Source: Anaerolineae bacterium (GTDB taxonomy: Bacteria > Chloroflexota > Anaerolineae > CG2-30-64-16). Taken from it: a stretch of 64,000 nucleotides of DNA. This document shows, one piece after another, positions 1-8,898 of this stretch. Location: NCBI GenBank assembly GCA_040766655.1, contig JAXGQB010000009.1, forward strand, positions 114,685-178,684, read 5' to 3'. The notes below the pieces were generated by a model. That model saw only the letters and a list, made by a program, of their open reading frames with translations, was not told the origin of the DNA and made no database searches. The stretch's first letter is position 1. Every line of letters starts with the position of its first letter. The translations under genes were made by a program, and so were the position numbers.

Positions 1-814
1 CCGCGCCGTCGACGCCCAACGCCCGAGCCCGCTCCCGACATTCGGCAACGTAGCCGGGATGGCTATCCATCTCACCGACGATGTCCAGGGTCGCGTTCTG
101 CCGGACGCGCCGTATCCCGACAAACGCCTCGATCAGCGCCAGGATGCCCTTGCGGGGAATGACCCGCGCCACGCACAACAGCCGGTCGGTCTCCGGTGGC
201 GGCGGTACGTCGGCAAAGAAACGGTCATCCACGGGGTTCTCGATGAGGTGGAACTGCGCGCCGCTCTGAACGCGGACCTGGGTCAGGACGTAGGGGCTGA
301 TGGCGACGATATCGCGGGCCTGCCGCACGACGTTCCGCTCGAGCCGCGCATCGGCGAGCCAGCGCAGGCGCGCCGGCCACGACGAAGTAGCCCAGGCCTG
401 CTGCATCTCCCGATAGATGATCCCGTGCAGCGTCACGACGGCTGCCCGCCCGCTGTCGAGCGCAGCGCGGCCGTAGACGCCGGCGATGTGCGCATGGACG
501 ATGTCGGGCGCCACCGCATCGATCTGTGAGCACAGGTTGCGCACGACCTGCCGTTGGCCTGTGAGCCGCCCGCCGCGCGGCCGGGGAACGCAGTAGACCC
601 TGTAACCCTCGCCCTCCAGGGACTTCGTCTCCTGAAGCCCAGGGACGGCCGTGATGACGCTCAGCGTCAGCCCACCGCGCTGCACGAGCCCGCGCGCCAA
701 CGCGAGGACCACCGCATCGACGCCGCCCGCCGGGCTCGCGGAAGCAAGCACGCCGTCCCCACTCGGAGAACGGGGCGACTGGGCAGGATAGGGACCGACG
801 AGCGCCACCCTCAT
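1..814 (-). CDS. Glycosyltransferase family 4 (GT4), N-terminal 271 aa; 3' end lies beyond the window start
   Basis: Hand translation of the minus strand from ATG (revcomp of cat at 812-814) gives MRVALVGPYPAQSPRSPSGDGV...VHAHIAGVYG...RLLCVARVIPRKGILALIEAF. This is a typical GT4 N-domain followed by the start of the C-domain (PRKG). The start overlaps the stop of the upstream gene (ATGA). It is not in the ORF track because the frame is open to the window edge. Confidence 0.6.
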   Translation of the reverse strand, partial: MRVALVGPYPAQSPRSPSGDGVLASASPAGGVDAVVLALARGLVQRGGLTLSVITAVPGLQETKSLEGEGYRVYCVPRPRGGRLTGQRQVVRNLCSQIDAVAPDIVHAHIAGVYGRAALDSGRAAVVTLHGIIYREMQQAWATSSWPARLRWLADARLERNVVRQARDIVAISPYVLTQVRVQSGAQFHLIENPVDDRFFADVPPPPETDRLLCVARVIPRKGILALIEAFVGIRRVRQNATLDIVGEMDSHPGYVAECRERARALGVDGA

Positions 815-1818
815 GCGCTGGGAACACCGTTGACGTTCAGGATCGTGTGGCTGAGCCCCGACTGGACCATCTTCTCCGCCAGGTAGACCGCACGCATGCC
901 CTCCTCGCCGCTGACCAACGAATCATGGCCGCTCCGCACCGCGACGACGAACTCCTCAAGCTCCTCGACCAATGGCTCGCGCTTGCGAATCTCGTACTTG
1001 GTGATGCGGCCCTCGCTCACCCCCATCAGGGCCACCATGCCCTCCCAGCCATTGGCGTAGTTATTCTCGTAGAAGTAGAGCTCCTGGCTCAGATAGTTGA
1101 CGTGGAACATGCCCCGCTCGCCGATCATGGACAACTCTCGGATCTTCGTGGGCGTCAGCCAATTGATGTCCAGGACGCCGACCGCGCCGTTATCGAACTT
1201 CAGCAGGCCGGAGAGCAGGTCTTCGTGGCTGCCATGGATCTCCTGCTCTGTCTCGGCATAGAGATTCCGGATGGGCGAGCCGATCAGGTACTCCATGATG
1301 TTGAGCTCGTGGGTGGCCAGGTCGAAGACAACGCCGACGTCGGCAATGCGGCTCGGGAAGGGTCCCACCCGTCGCGAGCGTATTTGAAAGACGCGTCCCA
1401 GCTCTCCGGCCACCAGGCGGCGCTTGAGCTCGAGGATCGCGGGATTGAAGCGCTCGATGTGTCCCACACCCAGGCGCACGCCCGCGGCGTGGGCCGCCTC
1501 GATCATGCTGCGACATTCGGGCACCGTGAACGCCAGCGGTTTTTCGATGAACACGTGAGCCCCATGGCCGATGGCGTCGAGCGCCACCTCAGCATGCAGG
1601 CGCGTTGGAACGGCGATGGATATGATATCAAGATGCTCGCGCGCCAACATCTCGCGATAGTCCTGATATGCATTTGCCTTGTACGTACGCGCAACTGCGT
1701 TGCCAGTCTCGTTGTCGGCGTCCGCCACAGCTGCCAGGTTCACATCGGGCAGCTGCGCGAAGACGCGCGAGTGATTGCGGCCCATGGAACCGACTCCGAT
1801 TACCGCAGCATTCAACAT
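811..1818 (-). CDS. Gfo/Idh/MocA family NAD(P)-dependent oxidoreductase (sugar-nucleotide 3-dehydrogenase-like)
   Basis: 335-aa ORF with N-terminal Rossmann motif AVIGVGSMGRNH and conserved EKP...GHIERFNP motifs of the Gfo/Idh/MocA family. It sits in a glycan locus. Confidence 0.85.
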   Translation of the reverse strand: MLNAAVIGVGSMGRNHSRVFAQLPDVNLAAVADADNETGNAVARTYKANAYQDYREMLAREHLDIISIAVPTRLHAEVALDAIGHGAHVFIEKPLAFTVPECRSMIEAAHAAGVRLGVGHIERFNPAILELKRRLVAGELGRVFQIRSRRVGPFPSRIADVGVVFDLATHELNIMEYLIGSPIRNLYAETEQEIHGSHEDLLSGLLKFDNGAVGVLDINWLTPTKIRELSMIGERGMFHVNYLSQELYFYENNYANGWEGMVALMGVSEGRITKYEIRKREPLVEELEEFVVAVRSGHDSLVSGEEGMRAVYLAEKMVQSGLSHTILNVNGVPSA

Positions 1819-3371
1819 TAGTGTTTCTCCTCTTCATGCACGGCCCTCTGCAACGCGTGCCTGGGACCCTGCCTATCGAGCGGTCTCCTGCCGGTCGCCC
1901 CGAAGAGCGCACCCAGGCTCATCCAGAAAAGTATCGTCGCGAATTGCGCCGTGATGGAATCAAACGTGCTGATGACCAGGGCATAGCCGACCAGCATCGC
2001 GATCGCCGCCGCCGCCCAGTCACCGTCGCCCGCCCCCGTCGCGCGGTCAACCGCGCCATCCCTGTGAGATCGTCGCAACGTGCGCCAGCCCCGCCATCCG
2101 GCCGCAACCAGCTGCGCCACAAACGGAACCAGCGCAACGATGCCTGCGGACGTCAGCACGTAGATGAACATGTTGTGCGGCGCGATCGCCAGGGTCGCGT
2201 TCGACCGCCGCGGCTGCCACCCGGCAGCGGCGGCAGCGTCGCTGTAATTATCGAGCCCCAGGCCCCACCATGGCGACTCAGCCGCGATGTCAAGACCGGT
2301 GCTGAGAGCCTGCAGACGATAGATGATCGATCCCTCGGACTGCAGTCTCTCCTCGATGGCCTGCGTATCCGCCAGCCCGCCGGAAAAGATGAGGGCAGCG
2401 AAGAGCACGATAAGCAGCAGCAGCAACCCGGCGGGGCGTGCGCGGCGACTCAGGAGCACGACCACGACGATGCCCGCGACCGCCGCCAGCCAGCCGGCCC
2501 GTACGTAAGTCGCGATCAGGCCGCCCCCGATCGCCAGCAGGGCGGCCAGCCAGCCCAGGCGTGCGCCAAGCCGGCTGCTGCGCGTCGCAGCCACAAAGAC
2601 GATGGGCAGGGTCACGGCCAGCGTCATCGCCATGGCCGCCGGCGCGCCGAACAGGCTGGTCACCTTGATCGAGTGCTGGCCATAGGACATGCGGTAGGGC
2701 AGCGGCGACAGGATGGCCTGATTGGTCAGCTGTTCGCGCACGGTGATGATGCCGAGGGTCGCTCCAAGCACCGCAAGCAGCACTGCCAGCCAAACCAGCT
2801 GGCGGCGGTCGGTGAACAGGTTGCGCGCGAGGTAGAAGCACAAGAGCGGCACCACGACCGCGTCGAAGACGACCTGGATGCCCCAGATCCACCCCAGGCG
2901 CGACGTACCGATCGACACGATCAGCGCCAGGACGAACAGAATGCCCCATCCCTCAACCGCGGTCAGCCGCGCAAGTTTGCGCCTCCCGGAGGCAACCTGC
3001 GCGATCAGTACCCACACCAGGACTGCCGATGCGATGCGGTTCAGGCTCAGATCCGGCAGCCCGCTTCCCTGCGCGAGGTTGAACAGGGTGCCGAACGGCG
3101 CCAGCAACATCCAGAACAGCAGCCCGAGGTCGGGCGCGGCGATGAGCACCAGGACCGCTGCGCCCAGGCCGGCCAGCGCGACCGCGCGTTCCGTCACTTC
3201 GGCGTGCAGTGCGCCGCCCAGGTAGAGCGCGACGAGCCCAACCAGGACCACGCCGAGCAGATTGACCATCGGCGCGATGAGACGATCGCCCCGCCCCGCC
3301 GGCAATCGTCCGGTGGGATGGTTCGAACGTCGCTCTTCCGTCGCGTCGATCGTCGCTGCTACGTCTGGCAT
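1818..3371 (-). CDS. O-antigen ligase/polymerase (WaaL/Wzy-like) family polytopic membrane protein
   Basis: 517 aa with about 10-12 hydrophobic helices and a large loop, a Wzy_C/O-antigen ligase-like architecture. There is a 1-nt stop/start overlap with the downstream gene. Confidence 0.7.
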   Translation of the reverse strand: MPDVAATIDATEERRSNHPTGRLPAGRGDRLIAPMVNLLGVVLVGLVALYLGGALHAEVTERAVALAGLGAAVLVLIAAPDLGLLFWMLLAPFGTLFNLAQGSGLPDLSLNRIASAVLVWVLIAQVASGRRKLARLTAVEGWGILFVLALIVSIGTSRLGWIWGIQVVFDAVVVPLLCFYLARNLFTDRRQLVWLAVLLAVLGATLGIITVREQLTNQAILSPLPYRMSYGQHSIKVTSLFGAPAAMAMTLAVTLPIVFVAATRSSRLGARLGWLAALLAIGGGLIATYVRAGWLAAVAGIVVVVLLSRRARPAGLLLLLIVLFAALIFSGGLADTQAIEERLQSEGSIIYRLQALSTGLDIAAESPWWGLGLDNYSDAAAAAGWQPRRSNATLAIAPHNMFIYVLTSAGIVALVPFVAQLVAAGWRGWRTLRRSHRDGAVDRATGAGDGDWAAAAIAMLVGYALVISTFDSITAQFATILFWMSLGALFGATGRRPLDRQGPRHALQRAVHEEEKH

Positions 3372-3388
3372 CGCTTGCCTCGTCGGAC

Positions 3389-4600
3389 TCAGGCCTCACG
3401 CTCTTGAGCGTGGGGCGCCGCAGCCGGAGGGTGGCGCAGCGCGCGCTCGATGAACTCCAGCAGATAGACCAGAATGATGCCGGCAACGATGCTGAGCAAC
3501 GCTCCCAGGAGCGCCGTGCGCACGGTCTGCGTGGGCAACTGGCTGCCCGGAGTCGTCGGCGCACTGATGGCGGAGAGATACCCGACACTCCGGGTCTGGT
3601 TCTCCTTGAGGCGTGCTTCACGGGCCTTAGCCTGGAGGAAATTTCTCGTATCGAGCTTCTCCTGCACGACCTCCCGCAACGCCTCGTACTGGCCGTTCAG
3701 CGTGATGAGGGATGCCAGGTTCGCCTCTCGCTTCGCAATCAGTGGGAGGACCGCCTCAGCTTCCGCCTGCCGGCTGGCAGCGTCCACCCGGCGAAGGCCG
3801 ATCTGCTGCCGCAGGTCCTGAACGAGCCTGGCCGCGCCCGCGGCAGCCGCGCTATCAGCCTCCGCAGCGACAGCCGCTTCTGCATCTTTGAGCTGCGCCT
3901 CCAGCACGCCGATCACTGCCTGCAGGCGCTTCGACTCGATCTCGCTCGCCTGCTGCGCGCCGTTCAGGTCACGAATCGCCTGCTCCTCAGCCGCCAACGT
4001 GCGATCCAGTGATTCGATCCGGTTCGCCAGCTTGAAGCGGAGGACGGCAGATCGCGCGGCCTCCAGATCCTTCTCGGCCTGGGCCAGCTCCGTCTCAAGG
4101 AACCTGCTCGATGTCTCGGTGGGCAACGCACGCTTGGACCGAAACGCCTCCAGTGCGATGTCGACATGCCGCTGCAGGAGAAGTTCCGCCACCTCGGGAG
4201 ACGCAGCACTCACGGAGACGGACATCAGATCACCGATCGGATCGCGTTCGACGCTGAGGCCGCGCAGAAACTCATCGATGGAGAGCTCGAGGCCCGTGTC
4301 GGCCAGCGTGAGTTGCGCCATGCGCGGGGTCTTCAGCAGCTCCGAGAAGTCGAAGTAGATGTAGCTGATCGTGTCCGAAGATGACACGGTATCCATTCGG
4401 GTGTACAGCGTGACCTCTCCGGGCTCCAGCGGTATGATCTGGAGCCGCATCGATGAACGATACGTTGGCGGGGTGAGCGCAGCCCGAATCAGGACGACCG
4501 CCATCGTCGCAGCGACGAGCAGGAGGATCACCCAAAACCGTCTCTTGAGCACTGACCAGTAAGTTCCGAAAGTTCTTTCCATCTTCACCACCCGTGACAT
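3389..4600 (-). CDS. Polysaccharide chain-length determinant protein (Wzz/PCP family, no kinase domain)
   Basis: 403 aa. N-terminal TM (WVILLLVAATMAVVLI), a long coiled-coil periplasmic region and a C-terminal TM (ALLGALLSIVAGIILVYLL). This is a Wzz-like topology. Confidence 0.75.
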   Translation of the reverse strand: MSRVVKMERTFGTYWSVLKRRFWVILLLVAATMAVVLIRAALTPPTYRSSMRLQIIPLEPGEVTLYTRMDTVSSSDTISYIYFDFSELLKTPRMAQLTLADTGLELSIDEFLRGLSVERDPIGDLMSVSVSAASPEVAELLLQRHVDIALEAFRSKRALPTETSSRFLETELAQAEKDLEAARSAVLRFKLANRIESLDRTLAAEEQAIRDLNGAQQASEIESKRLQAVIGVLEAQLKDAEAAVAAEADSAAAAGAARLVQDLRQQIGLRRVDAASRQAEAEAVLPLIAKREANLASLITLNGQYEALREVVQEKLDTRNFLQAKAREARLKENQTRSVGYLSAISAPTTPGSQLPTQTVRTALLGALLSIVAGIILVYLLEFIERALRHPPAAAPHAQEREA

Positions 4601-4614
4601 CCGGCCATGCTGGC

Positions 4615-5739
4615 TTACCGCGCCTGCAGGATGCTTTCGTACAACGTCAGGTTAACCCTGGCCGCTTCATCCCAGCCGAACCGGGCGAGAAGCATCTCGC
4701 GCAGGCCGGGCGGAACCGGCCTCTCCAGCGCGGACAGGACCGCGGTCCGGATCGATTCCGGATCGTAGGGATCGCAATACGAGGCCTGATCGCCCAGCAT
4801 CTCGGACAGCGGCGAGATCTGCGTCGATACGATCCGCGTCCCGCTCGCGCCGGCCTCGATGCTGACAAGCCCAGGCAGCTCAAACCAACTGGGCAACACA
4901 TGTGCGCCGGCCGCGGCGTAGGCCAGCGGCAGCTCGGCCTTCGGCAGCCATCCCAGGAAGCGAACGCGACCCCGCCTTTGGCCCGCTTCACGGCATCGCT
5001 CGGCGTAATCCGGCTCGAAATGGGGCGACACGGAACCGACGAACACCAGATCAATCGGATCGTGCCACAACGCCTCGATAAGGGCCAACTGGCCCTTCTT
5101 GGATTCGATCCGCGCGACTTCGACAACGTAGGCAGGCGCAAGATCGTACCTGGCCCGGAAGGCGGCGAGTTCTTCCTCCGCATAGTTGCGGCCATAGAGG
5201 CCCGTGTCGACGCCGAAACGGCTCAGGCGCATCTGCGAGCGAACCTGCGCAGGAAGGCGGAAATGGCCGGCCACGAAGCCATTCTCCCACCGGCTGGTCG
5301 TGGCAATCACATCCGCTGACAGGATCGCCGCGCGCATCATGCGCCAGGAAGGCTGCAACGGCAGGCGCGCAGTCTGCCAGGCCCGATAGATCTGCCACGC
5401 ACGCTCGCGACCCAAAGCCCGGACCAGGCTCTTCCACCGCGGCACGCGGGCAATGGCCCGGCTGAACAAGCCCCGGAAGTCGTTGTGATACAGCGGCGAG
5501 TAGACGATGGGAATCCCGCCGGCCCTTGCCCAGGCGGCCATGCGCCGGGCGTGATCCGGCGGCGTGACATCGAAGAGGTGTGCCAGGTCGAATTCGCTCG
5601 CGGGCGGCATCTCGTCTTCCCGGCCGAGCACCACATCGACGCCCAAGGCCCGCAGAGCGGCGCTGAGCTGCGTCATCACCACCGTATCTCCGCCGAACAC
5701 GCGATCCGCATCCGGGCGGAGGATCATCGCGACCTTCAC
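4615..5739 (-). CDS. Glycosyltransferase family 4 (GT4/GT1-like)
   Basis: 374 aa. The C-terminal half carries a GT4 motif region (RFLGWLPKAELPLAYAAAGAHVLPSWFELPGLVSIEAGASGTRIV). Confidence 0.85.
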   Translation of the reverse strand: MKVAMILRPDADRVFGGDTVVMTQLSAALRALGVDVVLGREDEMPPASEFDLAHLFDVTPPDHARRMAAWARAGGIPIVYSPLYHNDFRGLFSRAIARVPRWKSLVRALGRERAWQIYRAWQTARLPLQPSWRMMRAAILSADVIATTSRWENGFVAGHFRLPAQVRSQMRLSRFGVDTGLYGRNYAEEELAAFRARYDLAPAYVVEVARIESKKGQLALIEALWHDPIDLVFVGSVSPHFEPDYAERCREAGQRRGRVRFLGWLPKAELPLAYAAAGAHVLPSWFELPGLVSIEAGASGTRIVSTQISPLSEMLGDQASYCDPYDPESIRTAVLSALERPVPPGLREMLLARFGWDEAARVNLTLYESILQAR

Positions 5740-6920
5740 GACGACTCCAATGCATTCGCCAAATATCCGGACAGGGTCCGGACGCGGGCATCCCAGGTGT
5801 GCGGTGCGACCGCCGCGTGCCTGGTCTCCCGCCGTTCCGGGCCGTCATCCGCAAGCCGGCGCGCGATGACGTCCACCCACTCCTCCGGCGTCCGCGCAAT
5901 GTCGACAACCGCCGCAAACTCCTGCGCACCGGGCACGTCCGCGGCCACCACAGGCAGCCCTGCTCCCAGGTACTCGTACAGCTTGAGCGGGCTGGCGTGC
6001 ACCGTCTCCTGCGTCACGCGGTAGGGCAGCAGGCCCAGGTCAAACGACCGCACGTAATCGGCCACCTGGCTGCCCGGCACGGCAGGCAAGAGATGCACAT
6101 TTGCCCGACCCACGAGCCGGTCGAGTGCATCCCCGCACCCCTGCCGGTAGACCGTGCCCATCAGCACCAGCGTCCACTCGGGATGTGCGGCAGCCAGCGC
6201 ATCGAGCAGCGCGAGGTCCAGCCGCACGCTGATCAGCCCCACGTAGCCCAGGATCGGCCGCGGCAAGGCGGCCAACTCCGGGGGCTGCGCGACGGGGCTG
6301 CCGGCCCCATACGCCGCGTCGTCGTAGCCGTTGGGCAGCAGCCGGAACTTCGCCTCCTGGTCCGCCGCGGCCTTGCTCGCCAGCAGTGCAGGCGAGACCA
6401 CGACCACCAGGTCGGCCCATTCGATCAACTCGCGCTCCCTGCGCGCGTAGCTGTCACGCCGCGCCGCGGCCAGGTCATGGTAGGCCAGGTAGTCGTCCAC
6501 GATGTGGTAGACCCGCAGGCGTGCCGGCAGATCCAGCCGCGCGTCGAACTGGGTCGGTGTCGAAATCCAGACGATGGGCCGCTTGATCCCCAGCACAGCC
6601 AACTCGCGGCGCAGGGCGCCTTTTCGGAGCGCGTGCGTGGTCGCCCGCACGGGCGGCGGGCCGCCCAACGGCGCATAGCGCGGTGGCCGATACACCCACA
6701 GGTTCGGCTGCTCCTGGATCATGCAGCGTTCACGCCACATGTCCAGCAAGCCGGACTCGCGGCGCCGCAGGCTTGCTGCAATCTGGTGCACATATGGCCG
6801 CGGCTCGACGTACACCACCTTGTTCGTCCGCGCCAGGCGCGTCATGAGGTGGTGCCGGTTGCGCCACATGCTGTCCCAAGGCTCCGGGCCAAAATAGACG
6901 AAGCCTTCGCCTGAGATCAC
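5736..6920 (-). CDS. Glycosyltransferase (GT1/GT4-like), paralog of the next gene
   Basis: 394 aa. Motifs WRNRHHLMTRLARTNKVVYVEP, LKLYEYLGAGLPVVAADVP. It has a 4-nt overlap with the flanking genes. Confidence 0.75.
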   Translation of the reverse strand: MISGEGFVYFGPEPWDSMWRNRHHLMTRLARTNKVVYVEPRPYVHQIAASLRRRESGLLDMWRERCMIQEQPNLWVYRPPRYAPLGGPPPVRATTHALRKGALRRELAVLGIKRPIVWISTPTQFDARLDLPARLRVYHIVDDYLAYHDLAAARRDSYARRERELIEWADLVVVVSPALLASKAAADQEAKFRLLPNGYDDAAYGAGSPVAQPPELAALPRPILGYVGLISVRLDLALLDALAAAHPEWTLVLMGTVYRQGCGDALDRLVGRANVHLLPAVPGSQVADYVRSFDLGLLPYRVTQETVHASPLKLYEYLGAGLPVVAADVPGAQEFAAVVDIARTPEEWVDVIARRLADDGPERRETRHAAVAPHTWDARVRTLSGYLANALESS

Positions 6921-8137
6921 TGCGCTCGCCTCGCTGCCATCGGCGGCAGGACACGCGTTCGCTCCAGTGCATCCGATAGGATAGTCTCGATCTGCGCCAC
7001 GCGATTGTCCCAGGTGTTCGCCGCCGCAGCGGCCCGGCGCGCCTCAACCGACTCGGGCGAATCTCCAGCCAGGGCCTCCCCGATCTCGGCCACGAACTCC
7101 CGGGGGTGCTCCGCTATCCGGACCAGTCCGGCGAACTCGCGCGCCGCAGGCACATCGGTCGCGACGATGGGACACCCACACGCCAGGTACTCGTACAGCT
7201 TGAGCGAGTCGATATTGGCCGTCCACGCATTGTTCTCGTAGGGCAGGACGCACACGTCCATCCCGGCGATGGCCAGCGGCACATGGTCGACCGGAACGCG
7301 ACCCAGCCAGTGAACGTTCGGCAATCGCTTCAGCCCGTCGGCGCGGTCCGGATGGACCATCAGGTCCAGCGCGCCGACCAACACGAGATGCCAATCGGGA
7401 TGCGACCGCGCGACCTGCTCAAGCAGCGCGTAATCGACCTTCTCGTTCAGTGCGCCCACGTAGCCGATGCGCGGATGAGGCAGCGCACCGGGCGCATCGG
7501 ACAGCGCGGGCAGCCGCTGCTCGCTGGCCAGCGCTGCGCTGAAGCCCGCATAGTCCACCCCGTTGCGCACCAGGTGCGTCTGCGGGTTGTGCTTGCCCTT
7601 GGCCGCCAGCAGCGCGGGTGACGTCACGATGACCAGGTCGGCCCGGCGCAGCAGTGCCTCCTCCGCGGCCAAGAAGCCGGCTTTGTCCGAGATCATGGGA
7701 AAACCGCTGTACTCGTCGGTGACATGATACACAACCAGTTTCTCGTGGTGCTGGCCAATCAAGTCCGCGTGATAGGGCCGCAGCAGCCACAGGATCGGCC
7801 GCCCAGCGCCGAGCGACTGCAGGGCCCCCCCCAGTGCGCGGCGGCGGATGGCTGAGGTCAGCGGACCGCCGCTCAGCCGGCCCGCATACGGCGCATACGC
7901 CGGATCCCGATAGACATAGAGCCCGTCGCGCTCGTGGCGCAGGGTCGGCGCCCGCAGCTCCCGCCGGCCCAGTGCTCCTGAGCGCGCCTTGCGCACGGCC
8001 TCGCTCAGGTACACCCGCGGCTCCAGGTAGATCACCGTGTTGCGGCGCGCCAGCCGGGTCATGATCTGGTGGCGATTGCGCCACAGGCCCGCCCACGGGT
8101 CAGGTGCGACACACAGAATGGTCTCCCCGGCAAGCAT
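6917..8137 (-). CDS. Glycosyltransferase (GT1/GT4-like), paralog of 5736-6920
   Basis: Same motif set (WRNRHQIMTRLARRNTVIYLEP, LKLYEYLACGCPIVATDVP). The chosen start MLAGETIL is at 8135-8137, overlapping the methyltransferase stop (TGATG). The ORF-track frame extends to 8290, but that extension is Arg/Gly-rich. Confidence 0.75.
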   Translation of the reverse strand: MLAGETILCVAPDPWAGLWRNRHQIMTRLARRNTVIYLEPRVYLSEAVRKARSGALGRRELRAPTLRHERDGLYVYRDPAYAPYAGRLSGGPLTSAIRRRALGGALQSLGAGRPILWLLRPYHADLIGQHHEKLVVYHVTDEYSGFPMISDKAGFLAAEEALLRRADLVIVTSPALLAAKGKHNPQTHLVRNGVDYAGFSAALASEQRLPALSDAPGALPHPRIGYVGALNEKVDYALLEQVARSHPDWHLVLVGALDLMVHPDRADGLKRLPNVHWLGRVPVDHVPLAIAGMDVCVLPYENNAWTANIDSLKLYEYLACGCPIVATDVPAAREFAGLVRIAEHPREFVAEIGEALAGDSPESVEARRAAAAANTWDNRVAQIETILSDALERTRVLPPMAARRAQ

Positions 8138-8898
8138 CAGCCCAGTCCTCGGGCCACAACGCCGACGCCCGAGGCGCCACCGCTGCGGTCTTTCTTGCGC
8201 GCCACCACAATGAAATCGCGCGCGAAGAGCGACGGCCAGCGCCGCGCCAGCCGCGTGTAGAACACACCGGGCAGACCCTGGCGCAGACATGCTGGATAGA
8301 GGCCCTTGACCCGCAGGCTGGCGCTGCCGTCTGTCTCGAGGACGGTCAGGCCACGCGTGGCCAACATACGGGTCACGTCCGGCAGGGTGAAGAATCGCAG
8401 GTGCAGCCAGTCAGTCGGTGTGTTGGGCACGTAAGGAAACCGCCCGCGCAGCACCCACCAACGCACGCGCCAGTGGCCCATGTTGGGCAGCAACAGAAGA
8501 AGCCGGCCGCCGGGCCGCAGCACACGCACCATCTCGTCCAGCGCGTGTTCGGGATCGAAGCGGTGCTCCAGTTGCGAGTCGCTGATGACGACATCAAACT
8601 CGTCATCGGAGAAGGGCAGCGGACCCGCGTCGATCTCGCACTGCCGCGCATCGATGCCGCGTTCGCGCGCCCGCGCCACCGCGACGTTGGAGAGATCGGT
8701 CATGATGATCTGCGCACCTCGGTCGCTGACGAGCCTGGCCAGCCACCCAGGCCCTCCGTCGACCTGGAGGACGCGCTCGCCGGCGCGGACGCGGTCAGCC
8801 AGCAGGCCGAGACGCCTCATATCGACCCGAACCTTGCCCTCTTCCTTCTGCTGCCAGTAGTTGTCGTAGAATCGAACGAAGTCCATACAATCACTCAC
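8137..8898 (-). CDS. Class I SAM-dependent methyltransferase
   Basis: 253 aa. Motif I VLQVDGGPGWLA and the Methyltransf_11-type region LRPGGRLLLLLPN. Confidence 0.8.
   Translation of the reverse strand: MSDCMDFVRFYDNYWQQKEEGKVRVDMRRLGLLADRVRAGERVLQVDGGPGWLARLVSDRGAQIIMTDLSNVAVARARERGIDARQCEIDAGPLPFSDDEFDVVISDSQLEHRFDPEHALDEMVRVLRPGGRLLLLLPNMGHWRVRWWVLRGRFPYVPNTPTDWLHLRFFTLPDVTRMLATRGLTVLETDGSASLRVKGLYPACLRQGLPGVFYTRLARRWPSLFARDFIVVARKKDRSGGASGVGVVARGLG

Noticed and set aside
1668-3407. 579-aa plus-strand ORF
   Set aside because: Arg/Gly/Pro-rich low-complexity translation fully antisense to the O-antigen-ligase-like gene. This is a typical high-GC shadow ORF.
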